From: Nitrospira sp.
GTDB taxonomy: Bacteria; Nitrospirota; Nitrospiria; Nitrospirales; Nitrospiraceae
Direction: 5' to 3'
NCBI GenBank assembly: GCA_047150005.1
Contig: AP038806.1
Span: forward strand, 640,001 to 704,000
DNA length: 64,000 bases
Notes under the pieces: model-generated
Databases searched by the model: none
Seen by the model: the letters and a program-made list of their open reading frames with translations, nothing else
What the model was told of the DNA's origin: nothing
Part shown: positions 18,313 to 28,500 of the stretch, in pieces
How positions within the stretch are numbered: position 1 is the first letter of the stretch
Layout: each line of letters starts with the position of its first letter
Position numbers and translations under genes: made by a program

Positions 18313-19026
18313 CTAGCCTATTTTGCCCGGATACAGGATGTACAACATCGTATAGGTGAAGCTGCCGGTCACGAACAAAACGCAGTAGATGATCATCGTG
18401 AATCGTCCGAGCGCACGATGGCGCCGCGCGCCGTTCGGCCAAATACGCTGGATGGTTGTTTCAATGCCAAGCACAAAGGCAACGAGGATCAAGAAGCCCA
18501 CGTACACTTCGAACTTTCGCATGGAAAATCCGGCCGTAGCGCCCCGCAGCGCGAAAGCCAGTAGCGCCACGATCGTGGTGCCTCCCATGATCGTCCCGAT
18601 CCGTTTCCATGTGGTCACAAGAGGCGTTTCGCTCAGTTGTCGGCGATTTCCGACAAACATCTGCGAGCGGAACCCGAGGATGATCATGTAAATCGCCATG
18701 ACGAGGCCAATGATGACCAAGGTGATATGAAGGACAAGCACCGGGATAAACACGTTATCGTACAAGGCCTGAGAGCCGCCGAACCCTTCCTTGCCCTCCA
18801 CGGCCAGGACGCCGAGCTGTCGGAAGAGGTAATACGCGATGAAGAAGGAGAGCATGGCGACCATGCCGCCCAGCATCAGCCAATGATGCGTATCGGCCTG
18901 CCGCTTCTTCGCCTGAAACCATCCGATCACAAACAGCCCGGTGAACAGGGTCGCCATGAGCTGACTCAGATCCGCCCCAATGGTCGCGTGAGTGCCCAGA
19001 AAACCGGGATCTTTCAACCAATCCAT
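18313..19026 (-). CDS. DUF420 (CtaM/YozB-like) membrane protein
   Basis: TM helices with His motifs HHWLML, LVLHITL, RHRALGR. Start at MDWLK. Confidence 0.75.
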   Translation of the reverse strand: MDWLKDPGFLGTHATIGADLSQLMATLFTGLFVIGWFQAKKRQADTHHWLMLGGMVAMLSFFIAYYLFRQLGVLAVEGKEGFGGSQALYDNVFIPVLVLHITLVIIGLVMAIYMIILGFRSQMFVGNRRQLSETPLVTTWKRIGTIMGGTTIVALLAFALRGATAGFSMRKFEVYVGFLILVAFVLGIETTIQRIWPNGARRHRALGRFTMIIYCVLFVTGSFTYTMLYILYPGKIG

Positions 19027-19033
19027 GATTGCC

Positions 19034-20020
19034 TTACCCGTGACCTTTCGTGCCCAGCACGACGGCGGTTGGCTCCAGTTCCGTCGCGGAAACAAACCCG
19101 GCGTGGGTCATCCACTCAATCGCATCGGCAACTTTGTAGCAACCACCTTGCTGCGTATTGATGAGGATATGCACCGCGAAGGCGGTCGTCCAAGCCGGTC
19201 CGGTCCCCGTCTCGTTGAGAAAGCGATCCTTGATGATCAGCCGCCCGCCCGGCGCCAAGTGCTCGAACACCTTGCACACCAGGGCCCCATTCGTCTCGAA
19301 CGACTGATAGTGGAGAACATCGGACATCAGGACGACATCGTACGGCCCGCCTAAGCCGTCCGTATTGAAATTGCCCGCGCGCAACGCAATCCTCGATTCG
19401 AGACCCGCCTCTTTGATGGTTTTTTCCGTCAGGCGCAACGTGGCCGGCAGATCGAAGACGGTGGCGGTTACGTCGGGGTATACGCGACAGAATGCGATGG
19501 CATTGGTGCCGGCTCCTCCACCCAAATCAAGCAGGTGAACCGCACCCGTCAACTTCAGGCGCTTGGCAAAGTCCGGTCCGCTTTGGCTGCCGATTCGATG
19601 GAGTACGGCCAGCACGTTGCCGGCGAGTTCCGGATCGGTTTCGAATAGGTGCCGATCGACGGAACGCTGCCCGGTGCGGATCGTCTGTTCGAGCTTTCCC
19701 CAATTCTCCCATTCGGCGTCATGGAGGAGCAGCAGATGCCCGACAAAGTCGGGCGAATGCCGAACAAGATGCTTTTCGGTGACGGAAGAATTGCCGTAAA
19801 GATCCCCCTCCTTAGTCAGCAATTTCATGGCTACCAGGGCATTCAGTAAGAGCGACAGCGCCGGCTCGTGGGCCCCGATGCGGGCAGCGATCTCACTGCC
19901 CGTTTTTTTCTTGCCGTCCAGCGAGGTAAAGAGATCCAGGCGAACCGCCGTCAGTAGAATTTTGGTTTCCCAGTAGTAGCCCAGTTGAAAGATTTCCGCG
20001 AGCGAAAGTTCCCGTGACAC
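19034..20020 (-). CDS. SAM-dependent methyltransferase, family 2, with dimerisation domain
   Basis: LLDLGGGAG, FDLP, GNF, SDVLH, LAPGGRLII. GTG start with GGAGGAG. Confidence 0.88.
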   Translation of the reverse strand: MSRELSLAEIFQLGYYWETKILLTAVRLDLFTSLDGKKKTGSEIAARIGAHEPALSLLLNALVAMKLLTKEGDLYGNSSVTEKHLVRHSPDFVGHLLLLHDAEWENWGKLEQTIRTGQRSVDRHLFETDPELAGNVLAVLHRIGSQSGPDFAKRLKLTGAVHLLDLGGGAGTNAIAFCRVYPDVTATVFDLPATLRLTEKTIKEAGLESRIALRAGNFNTDGLGGPYDVVLMSDVLHYQSFETNGALVCKVFEHLAPGGRLIIKDRFLNETGTGPAWTTAFAVHILINTQQGGCYKVADAIEWMTHAGFVSATELEPTAVVLGTKGHG

Positions 20021-20179
20021 ACCAATCTCCTCCCCAGCTTGCCCTTGCAGGATATTCAAAAGATAGGCCGCCGGATTTCACTGTCTTGCATGGGAAATAC
20101 CGTTGGAAGACCGCATCTTACCTAGATCGAAAACGCAAACGCAAGGCAGGGATACCGCGACATACCGCATAAAACGCGT

Positions 20180-20217
20180 AAAAACACGAAGGGCAGCGGA
20201 AACATCCGCTGCCCTTC
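20180..20217 (-). terminator. Rho-independent terminator after the 264-aa cupredoxin-like gene
   Basis: 13-bp stem GAAGGGCAGCGGA/TCCGCTGCCCTTC followed by GTGTTTTT on the minus strand. Confidence 0.75.
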
Positions 20218-20253
20218 ACCATCGACGAGGTAGCCGTCGAGAACCCGTTCGAG

Positions 20254-21048
20254 TTACTTGAGTTCGGCCTTCAGATTCGCCGTTCCGCCTTCCGGAACTT
20301 CGATCTCGAACTCCACCTTCTTGCCCTTACCGACGAACGGATGCCAGGCTACAACCTTGTGCTTGCCGGCCGGTACATCCTTGAGCTCAAACGAACCGTC
20401 TTCCTTCACGACTGCATAATGCGCATTCGACACGGGAAGGAAGAAGGACTGCATGAACTCATGCTGGTCGCACTGCAACCGATAGTAGCCTTCCTTCTCG
20501 GCACCACCGCGGAAAGTCACCGGCTTGTCAAGCTTGTCGCCCTTCTTGGCAAGACCGATGTTGAAACCGGTCGCCGACGTGGAGCCCTTCACCGTGAAGC
20601 TGTGGGGATTGTGCAGCACACCCGCCGTCGACTTAGGATCATCCGGATCCGCATCGGTATTTTCAACCTTGAACGGCCTGGTGTTCACGACCACGCCGCT
20701 GAAAGGCAGGAATTCGCAAAAGGCCGCCGTCACTTCCGCGCCCGCAAATCCATCCATGAAAGCCTTATCTTCGATATCGGTGACCGCCACGACGGCATTC
20801 TTCAGCCCCCCATCCTTGCCCACTTCAATGGTCTTCAGGAACCGCTTGTCACCGTCCATCAAGGACTTGTTGGGATGCTTCGGACAGAACTTGGGATTCG
20901 GGAACTTCGAGAAGAGAAATTCCTTCTGCTCGGACTTCCCGGCGTAGGTAACCTTGCCGGCAATGGTTCCGCCGGCAAATGAGGTGACAGGCGTCGCAAT
21001 GAACGCGACGGCTGCCACACCAAACACGACTGATAACGCACTCTTCAT
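20254..21048 (-). CDS. Secreted cupredoxin-like / carboxypeptidase-regulatory-like domain protein
   Basis: Signal peptide, LHNPHSF, LQCDQHEFM, C-terminal DVPAGKHKVVAWHP. AGGAGG RBS. Confidence 0.75.
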   Translation of the reverse strand: MKSALSVVFGVAAVAFIATPVTSFAGGTIAGKVTYAGKSEQKEFLFSKFPNPKFCPKHPNKSLMDGDKRFLKTIEVGKDGGLKNAVVAVTDIEDKAFMDGFAGAEVTAAFCEFLPFSGVVVNTRPFKVENTDADPDDPKSTAGVLHNPHSFTVKGSTSATGFNIGLAKKGDKLDKPVTFRGGAEKEGYYRLQCDQHEFMQSFFLPVSNAHYAVVKEDGSFELKDVPAGKHKVVAWHPFVGKGKKVEFEIEVPEGGTANLKAELK

Positions 21049-21222
21049 GGGACTGCCTCCTTGTGATTAAGAATTCCCGTTTCCTGGCTCGCGTTTCCCT
21101 GTATCTTCCACCGGCCTACTGAGAGAAAAATGCTGACAATTTCCTCTCTGGTTACCTCGATCGTGAGATGCGGGCAAGGCTGGTCTGGGACCCACATGTA
21201 TATAAAATTTTACCGTACGCTG

Positions 21223-22617
21223 TCAATTGCCGACAACCGGCTGAAAACCGCCTTTGGGAGACCGTTTGCCTTGGAGCAGCCGGAGGATGGCCCCTCCGGC
21301 GGTCGCCCGAACCGCTTCGTTCTGGTCTCGCAGAGCCTCTTTCACAAGGGGAAGCACCGATGGATCGCCGACCCTTCCCAGCGATCTGACAGCCACGATC
21401 TTCGGCCCCGGAAGCGGATCTGTCGCCAAACTCTCAAGAAACGATACCACCCCGGCAGCGTTGGGTTTCGTCGCCTTACCCAAGGCATGGGCGGCCGACG
21501 CCCTTGCTCCTGGGTCGCTCTGTTGAGTCAACCCGCGCACCGTCGGCGCCACGGTCTCAAATGGTTGGCCGAGTTGAAGCAGGGCTGCGGCCGACGCGGC
21601 CCGTACGGAAAATGCCCCGTCCTGGAGCGCCTGATTGAGAGCCGGCACCGAGGCCTTGTCAGCCAGATCGGCCAGCGCGGACGCCGCCGCCTCGCGGACG
21701 GCCGGCACTGGATCACGTAGGAGTCGTTGAATATCTTCGCGCGCCTCTCGCCGTCCCAGGTGCCCAAGCCCCCGGGCTGCCGCCCCCCGGACAGACGGCT
21801 GCTTGTAGGTCAGTGACTCCACCATGATCGGCACCCCCCGGAGATCTTTCACGTCCGCCATCACCCGGATCGCTTCGGCCCGATCTTCCGGATTGACGGC
21901 GTCAGCGGACCGACGCAGAGGATCCCAAGCCTCCTTGCGCCCGTGCCGCAAGAGTGCCCCATAGGCTGCGATTCTGACGGTGGGTAGTTCGTCCTTGGAA
22001 GCCGTTTCCAGCAGCGGAATCACCGACGGATCGGTGCTGTACCCAAGAGCCTTGACGACACGGGCCTTGACGAGCCCGGCCTGATCGTCAAGTGCCCCCC
22101 GCAATTTCGGCGATCTCCGCCCGGCTTCGGTCCGGCTCAATCCTTCCACGGCCAACATGCGCACGGGCCCCGACCCGTCACTGAGCCCGTCTTCAAAGTA
22201 CGGAATGACCTCCTCCGAGTCGACCTCCTTCAACGCCGTAAATGCAGCTCCGCGCATCTGCTCTCGCATGTCCTTCACCATCACGATAATGAACCCCAAG
22301 GCGACGTCCCGAAGGAGAGGAATCTCATCTTGGTTGGTGGACCGCTCCAGTCGGTCGTACTCCTCCAATGCATCCTTCGGATTGCTCAGTTTCAGCAGCG
22401 ATCGAACTTTGAGTCGACGAACGTCGGACGCGGCGGATGATGGACCGTCCAACTTGGCGATCTCGTCCAATACCTTCTGGTATTCCTGCCTGTCATATAA
22501 CCCTTGAATATCGCTTGGGACAGCAGCGAGAACCACGGGAGGATCCGCCACTGCCCCCGCTCCCATCGCGATCATGAGAGCGGCCGCCGCCCATATCCGA
22601 TTCACCACCTCAGTCAT
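21223..22617 (-). CDS. Exported HEAT/PBS-lyase repeat protein
   Basis: Repeated VR.AAA.ALG units and an N-terminal signal peptide. Confidence 0.85.
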   Translation of the reverse strand: MTEVVNRIWAAAALMIAMGAGAVADPPVVLAAVPSDIQGLYDRQEYQKVLDEIAKLDGPSSAASDVRRLKVRSLLKLSNPKDALEEYDRLERSTNQDEIPLLRDVALGFIIVMVKDMREQMRGAAFTALKEVDSEEVIPYFEDGLSDGSGPVRMLAVEGLSRTEAGRRSPKLRGALDDQAGLVKARVVKALGYSTDPSVIPLLETASKDELPTVRIAAYGALLRHGRKEAWDPLRRSADAVNPEDRAEAIRVMADVKDLRGVPIMVESLTYKQPSVRGAAARGLGHLGRREAREDIQRLLRDPVPAVREAAASALADLADKASVPALNQALQDGAFSVRAASAAALLQLGQPFETVAPTVRGLTQQSDPGARASAAHALGKATKPNAAGVVSFLESLATDPLPGPKIVAVRSLGRVGDPSVLPLVKEALRDQNEAVRATAGGAILRLLQGKRSPKGGFQPVVGN

Positions 22618-22644
22618 CTGGCGCCTCCGGACCTCACAAACCCC

Positions 22645-23412
22645 TTAGCCATGCCGCTCCTGAACCGTTCCGATGGTGCGCTTCCGATATCCCGGCGGCT
22701 CGTCGAAGTAAAAGGAGGGCTGCGGCGATAACCGGATCCGTTCATACTCAAACGACCAATCGCGGTCTCGGCTCACCAATTTCAGGACGATGCCGGTTTC
22801 CACATCCACCCACTCGTAGAATCGTTCGCCCCGGCCGTCCCGATCCGTTCGAATTTCATACAGCCGCGTCGGACGCCCTGCCGCCGTCGCATCGCCCACC
22901 AGCACTCGTTCCCGCTCTCCCGCCAATTCTGATTGAACCGGGAGCACGTCATCAGCACTGAGCGGCATAACCAACAGTTCTTTTTGCTGCGCGAGAACGT
23001 ACCAGGCTTCTCCCAAATCGAGTCTGATGATTTCGATCGCAGCATAGCCGTGATCGGTCCGAACGGCATACTTGTATTCCAACCGCAGCCGGTTCCCTTT
23101 TGAGAAGATCTGCGCCTGATGCCGTTTGCCGTTCACCTGCCTGACGAGACTTCCGGAAAAATCAGGAATAACCGGCGGGGGTTCTGGCTGGGCCGAACCG
23201 AGCGGACCTGCAAGACACAGAACCATTGTAAGCGCAAGGCCAGGGCATCTACTCCTCCGTACGCACGCACTACGCACGAGAACCGTCCTCTGGATCAGAG
23301 GAGTGGCCCATCGAACCAGCGGCCCGGCTCTGTCCGACAACCAGGCTCTCCATCGTGATCCGGCTACTCGGCCATTCCCGCTGTCTTGCACGATCATCCG
23401 AGGGGCATACAA
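22645..23412 (-). CDS. Exported DUF4412-like protein (start uncertain)
   Basis: Beta-rich sequence with DFSG, EWVDVETG and FDEPPGYRK. Confidence 0.55.
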   Translation of the reverse strand: MYAPRMIVQDSGNGRVAGSRWRAWLSDRAGPLVRWATPLIQRTVLVRSACVRRSRCPGLALTMVLCLAGPLGSAQPEPPPVIPDFSGSLVRQVNGKRHQAQIFSKGNRLRLEYKYAVRTDHGYAAIEIIRLDLGEAWYVLAQQKELLVMPLSADDVLPVQSELAGERERVLVGDATAAGRPTRLYEIRTDRDGRGERFYEWVDVETGIVLKLVSRDRDWSFEYERIRLSPQPSFYFDEPPGYRKRTIGTVQERHG

Positions 23413-23494
23413 GCCCGAGGTGACTGATCAACAACATACCCCAATGCAGCGGCCCCGGCAGGTGAGGTCGATCATTGAATCGAATCCGTCTCGA

Positions 23495-24421
23495 TTAGTG
23501 CTGGTGCTCGACCAGCGGGCTGATCTCCACGGAATAACCGAGCGATTCCGGTCCGAAACGGGGATTGTGCATGACCTTATAGGAAGTGCGATTCCCTTTG
23601 GGCGCCGGCAGGGACAGATGTTCAACGACCGTGCCGTCCGCCTGCACAGTCACCATCTTGGTGACACCGGGCCCAGTCTGCGGATGCCACACGACCAATT
23701 GATATGTGCCCGGGGGAACGTCTCCGATCGTGAACTTCCCATTCCCATCGGTTAGCGTGTAATAGGGATTGTTGACCGCCATGGCCCAACTCTCCATGTA
23801 GGCATGAAATCCACATTGCATGTAGAAGGTCCTGCGCCCCTTGTTGAGATAGACGGGTCCGACAAGCGACTTGCCCGGGGCATGGTTGTGAATGGCGTGA
23901 AGGTCACCGCGCCGATGCTGGTGATTCATGACCAACGGCGTGTTGAACAGCACTCGCGCCCCCGCTTCGATGGAGGTCTCATACCCCTGAATGTCGTGCA
24001 TGACAGGATCCATATTGACGACTTCGACGGCATGGCCATTGCGCACAACCGTTACGAACGGTGTGAACATGCAATCTCGGGCCTCGATCAAGGGAACGGA
24101 CACGTCAAACGGCTTGCCCGCCTCGACACCCTCCAGCAAAACGATCGCGTCCTTCAGTCCGTTGCTCTCACCCACGACGAAGTCATGTAGCAGCCGCCAT
24201 CCCTGCCCGTTGGAGATACGCCCGCAGTAGGCCGGGTCAGGGAACGTGATGAGGTTGAATCCTTTCGGTTCAGGAACCGGCCCCTCGAGGGCCACCATGC
24301 CCTCAATGGTTCCCCCATGCTGCACATCGATCACGTCATAGGAGAAAGAGGGCGCAGGGGGCCAGCCGCAGAGGAACCCCATCCATGCGAACAGAACAAG
24401 CGCGGATCGTGTTGACGTCAT
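23495..24421 (-). CDS. Secreted cupredoxin-like / carboxypeptidase-regulatory-like protein, paralog B
   Basis: Signal peptide, DPVMHDIQ, MQCGFHAYMESW, VPPGTYQLVVWHP. Start trimmed to MTSTR. Confidence 0.78.
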   Translation of the reverse strand: MTSTRSALVLFAWMGFLCGWPPAPSFSYDVIDVQHGGTIEGMVALEGPVPEPKGFNLITFPDPAYCGRISNGQGWRLLHDFVVGESNGLKDAIVLLEGVEAGKPFDVSVPLIEARDCMFTPFVTVVRNGHAVEVVNMDPVMHDIQGYETSIEAGARVLFNTPLVMNHQHRRGDLHAIHNHAPGKSLVGPVYLNKGRRTFYMQCGFHAYMESWAMAVNNPYYTLTDGNGKFTIGDVPPGTYQLVVWHPQTGPGVTKMVTVQADGTVVEHLSLPAPKGNRTSYKVMHNPRFGPESLGYSVEISPLVEHQH

Positions 24422-24446
24422 GATTTCCCCTCTGACATCGGGTCGT

Positions 24447-25358
24447 TCATGGGACCTGCAGTTCAAGCGTGGGCTGGATGTCGACCGGTTTCCCCAGCGC
24501 TTGCAGCCCGAAATGCGGGTTCTCCTCGATTTCATGCACGCTACGTCGCCCCTTGGGTGATTCGAACAGGAAATCCGCTCTCACCGTTTCTTTTGCGGAC
24601 ACAGTGACCTTCTGCTCCAAGACGATTCCGACGCCCGGATGCCAGGCTGTCAGCACATATTCTCCGGCCGGCACGTCGGTTAACGAAAATGAACCGTCCG
24701 TTCCGGTCACTTGATAATAGGGGTTCTCGACGGCTAACCCCCAGCTTTCCATGTAGGCATGAAATCCGCACTGCATGACGAAAAACTTTCGACCTTTCGT
24801 CATATGAATGGTTTCCTTCACCGGCTCCCCGGCGAGATGTTCATGCGAATTGGCTCCGACATTACGTTTGTGATGAGGATTCATGGGAAGCGGGGTATTG
24901 AACAACACACGAGGCCCCAGATGGGACGTCTCATAGGCCTGGATGTCGTGCATCACCGGGTCCATGTTCATAATGACGACATCCGCCCGGTCTTGGACGA
25001 CCGTCACAAACGGGAGAAATCTGCAATCTCGTGCTTCGATCGTTTGCGGTTCGAATTTGAACGGCTTTCCTTTGGGGACGTCTGACAGCCATATGACGAC
25101 GTCCTTGAGCGCTCCGTCGCCCGCCACGTCGAATTCCTTCAGGATGCGCCAGCCCGTTCCGGTTGAAATCCGGCCGCAATAGACCGGGTCCGGAAACGTG
25201 ATCAAGTTGAACCCCTTGGGCGTCGGTTTCCCGGCCGTAATCCGAACCTTGCCCGCGACGGTACCTCCGTCCGCCACCTGCATCTCCTCATACGCCCAAG
25301 CCAAGGAGGCTCCCAGCGCCAACCACGCCCAGAGCCCCAATACCATAACCCGTTTCAT
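24447..25358 (-). CDS. Secreted cupredoxin-like / carboxypeptidase-regulatory-like protein, paralog A
   Basis: Signal peptide after GGAGG, DPVMHDIQ, MQCGFHAYMESW; tandem paralog of the downstream gene. Confidence 0.78.
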   Translation of the reverse strand: MKRVMVLGLWAWLALGASLAWAYEEMQVADGGTVAGKVRITAGKPTPKGFNLITFPDPVYCGRISTGTGWRILKEFDVAGDGALKDVVIWLSDVPKGKPFKFEPQTIEARDCRFLPFVTVVQDRADVVIMNMDPVMHDIQAYETSHLGPRVLFNTPLPMNPHHKRNVGANSHEHLAGEPVKETIHMTKGRKFFVMQCGFHAYMESWGLAVENPYYQVTGTDGSFSLTDVPAGEYVLTAWHPGVGIVLEQKVTVSAKETVRADFLFESPKGRRSVHEIEENPHFGLQALGKPVDIQPTLELQVP

Positions 25359-25437
25359 TTCAACCTCCACAAGAATAAGTCCTTCGATACGGATACAACG
25401 AGGTGACAATTCTTGCATCGTACCAAAAGCCCTCGCC

Positions 25438-25471
25438 AAAGAAAAAGGGGGAGGCCGTACAGCCTCCCCCT
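25438..25471 (-). terminator. Rho-independent terminator after the multicopper oxidase
   Basis: AGGGGGAGGC-TGTACG-GCCTCCCCCT followed by TTTTCTTT on the minus strand. Confidence 0.8.
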
Positions 25472-25507
25472 CATCACTGTTGCAGAGCAACAAATCGGCA
25501 GGAACGA

Positions 25508-25544
25508 CAGGCCGGGTCTTGCCGTTACGGCAAGACCCGGCCTG
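25508..25544. repeat. Perfect inverted repeat with 18-bp arms
   Basis: CAGGCCGGGTCTTGCCGT-T-ACGGCAAGACCCGGCCTG, 10 nt past the multicopper oxidase stop. Confidence 0.9.
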
Positions 25545-25554
25545 GACTCGCTTC

Positions 25555-28500
25555 TTACTTCGCCGCGACCGGAATCGCGTGCGCCGCCTGCTCAAGCGAC
25601 GCGCTCTTCATCCCGGCACCGGCCCCGGCCAGCGGCAACAAGCGCTGGTCGCCGGACGGCAACACACGGAGATACCCCCACTGACCGGACTGAGAGTACG
25701 GCAACCGCTGGTTGCTGTACACATAGTCGCCCGGCAGCCGGTACGGTCCGCCAGCAGAGGAGACGAATGTGTCCAGCACTTCAGAGCCGGAGAACTCGAC
25801 CACGCTGATTTGGTCGGCACCCCGCATGAACGGCTCGATCGGCCACTCATGTTTCTCGATGCTGAACATGCCGTTCTGTTCGTTGTTGGCCCCGATCACG
25901 TGGATCCGGACCGGATCTCCTGCATGCGACTCGATGATCGGAGTCGCAGGATCTTCCGGCTTGTCCACTTTGCAGGGCTGGAAGACCTTGCCCAAGGAGC
26001 AGCCTTGCTCCTCGCGATACTTATACGGCTCCGACCGATAGTTGATCCCGGTCAGACCTGCGACGTTCTGCACATACGGCATGAAGCTCGTGCCGATGAT
26101 GTTGTCTTCGTCCTGGAAGAACAACGCCACGTCGCGATAGTTGGCCCTCATTTCGTTGCCCGGCACGGTACGATCGATGATCACATCCGCAGCCCAGGCA
26201 TTCTTGTTCGTCAGATCCGCGCCAGTCTTCGGATCCCGATACTTGGAACCCTTCGGACCGACCACGATCGCGCCGAACAAGCCGTTGCGTGGATTGGTCA
26301 TGACGTTGCCCCAGTCCCACACCAGAGACGTGGTTTCGCCGTTGAACGGATCCGCATAGTAGGTGTAGGTCCGTTCTCCGCCGGACGCAATCGTCTGGTC
26401 GCCGGGGTTGTTGCCGACATTGGCACCCATTGAATCCTTCGGATCGAAGACCAACCCGATGGCCGAGAAGGACGCCTTACTGGCCTTCATCTTGTTCTTG
26501 AGACTGACCTTTACACAATCGCCTACGTTGACGCGGAGCGTCAGCGGCATCGGTTGGGCTTCTCCGGACACCTTGGCAACATCCTCCTCCAAGGCGTAGA
26601 TTTTCGCCTCGGGATTGGTGATCTGGATCTTCCGCTCGAAGTCCACCTCGATCGATTCGGGAGCCTTCGCGTTGAACTTCATAGACGGGTAATCCATCGC
26701 CACGACGTTGAAGGTCTTGACCGGCGCATCGGCCGGGCAAACCGGCAACGCCTTTGGGATCTCGCCTTTGACCGAGAATCCGGCCGGTAGTTTCTTCAGA
26801 TCGGGCTGCTCCTTGTCATAGACACGGATGATGCCCCAGCCGCCCTCCGAAAACTTCGAGGACCGGCCGTTGAAGTGAATATAGTCCCCGGCCAGATGCC
26901 GCGGGCCGCCTGCTTCCGGCACGACCAAGTCGTACCGCTCGGCGATGCCGATGTGGATCGAGTTCTTGCGGTTCGCGTCCGACGCATAGCGCTCAGACCA
27001 GAATGTATGACCGGACAAGGTCCAGGTCATCGTCTCGTTCATGAGCGTATGCAGAAGACGGAACACCATCGTGTCCCCCGTATAGGCGCGCAAGAGCGGC
27101 GTATACGGATCCCCGTGAATCTGGCTGTTGAACGCCTGCGAGACATCGGGATTGGTCGCCAACCGCTGCGCGATCGGACCCGCACGGAAGTTCAAGCCGC
27201 TTCCCGTCGTGTGAGTTCCGCCGTTCAAGAACGGCATCGGCGTCATGTACAGCTTTTCCGGCATCATGAATGAGACGGTCTTGCCCGCTTCCAATGCCAC
27301 TTCGACCGGTTGGCCTGGCGGATTGCCCGCCGTCACGATATTGACGGTGTGCGGCACCGTGTCGTGTACCTGCACCATCATCTCGCGGAAGCTGTTGTTC
27401 ACGCCGTGTCCAACCGGCTCGTTGGTATGGATGTCGGCGATCGGGCCGCTCCAAACCAATTTTCCGGTCTTCGGATCGTGATAGGTCGAACCGACCGGCT
27501 CGGCGATGAACGTGCCGAACCCGCCGTGCGGCCACGTCGTCGCGCCGAAGGCGTGGTCATGCCAGAACACGGTTCCCACGTCCGCATCGACCCAGAACCG
27601 CTGCCGGACGAATTCCACCGTCACGATGTCATTCGCCGGATGGTCGTTCTTGAGTCCCTTGGACAACGTGATGGTGTTACCGTTGATGGCCTTGATCCGA
27701 GACACCTCGTTGCCCTTCACATTGTCGGCGCCCACAAGGATCAGAATGCCCACATGGTACTGCTTGGCATTCTTCACGGTGAGAGTAGTCGTGCCTTTCT
27801 TCGCGGCGGCCGTCAAGGCGGTATTCATCGGGGCCGGAAGGCCCTTGCTGTTTTTCTTTTCCAACATCGTGAACGGACGCACGGACTGCTCATAGGAGAA
27901 TCCCGTGATCACACCGTCCGATGCCTGGTTGTCGAACTGGAGGAAATGCCAATGGGTGTTGATCTTCGACGACTGGAAATTCGTGTAGTCGTCGTCATCC
28001 CACTCGCTGGTCAACATCCAGTCCACGCAATCGTAGATGTTGCCGCGAACGACCAGCGGATACTTCAAGTCGTCGTTCGCCCTGATCGCCGCCTCTTCCT
28101 CGTGGAGCACGTAGATCAACCCGTTCGGGTCCACGACCGGCGGCTCCTTCCCCTGGGCCTTGGCAATCTTGATCGGCAATTTGATGAAGTGCACGTTGTA
28201 GTTCTTGCGTCCAGCGTTGACCGGACACAAACTCCAGTTGCCCTGTTCGCCAGGCTTGGCTTGATCGACACTCTCTTCACCATTGTCGTCACGCCTGATC
28301 ATTTCCAACCAGGGCGCCCCGACGTGGTTCGGCGAGAACATGACGCGCTTGCCGAAGTGGGGAGTCAGATGCGGCCAGGCCACTTTTCCCGTCAACGGCT
28401 CGAACATGATCGGATGCCGCTTGCCGGGATGGCTCGACTTATACTTGGGATTGTCGATCGTGCTTTCCTTTTCGCTCATGGCACGGCTGCCTTCCCAGGT

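Noticed and set aside
21197..21226. Promoter upstream of the 264-aa cupredoxin-like gene
   Set aside because: TTGACA is present on the minus strand, but no good -10 at 17-nt spacing; left uncalled.
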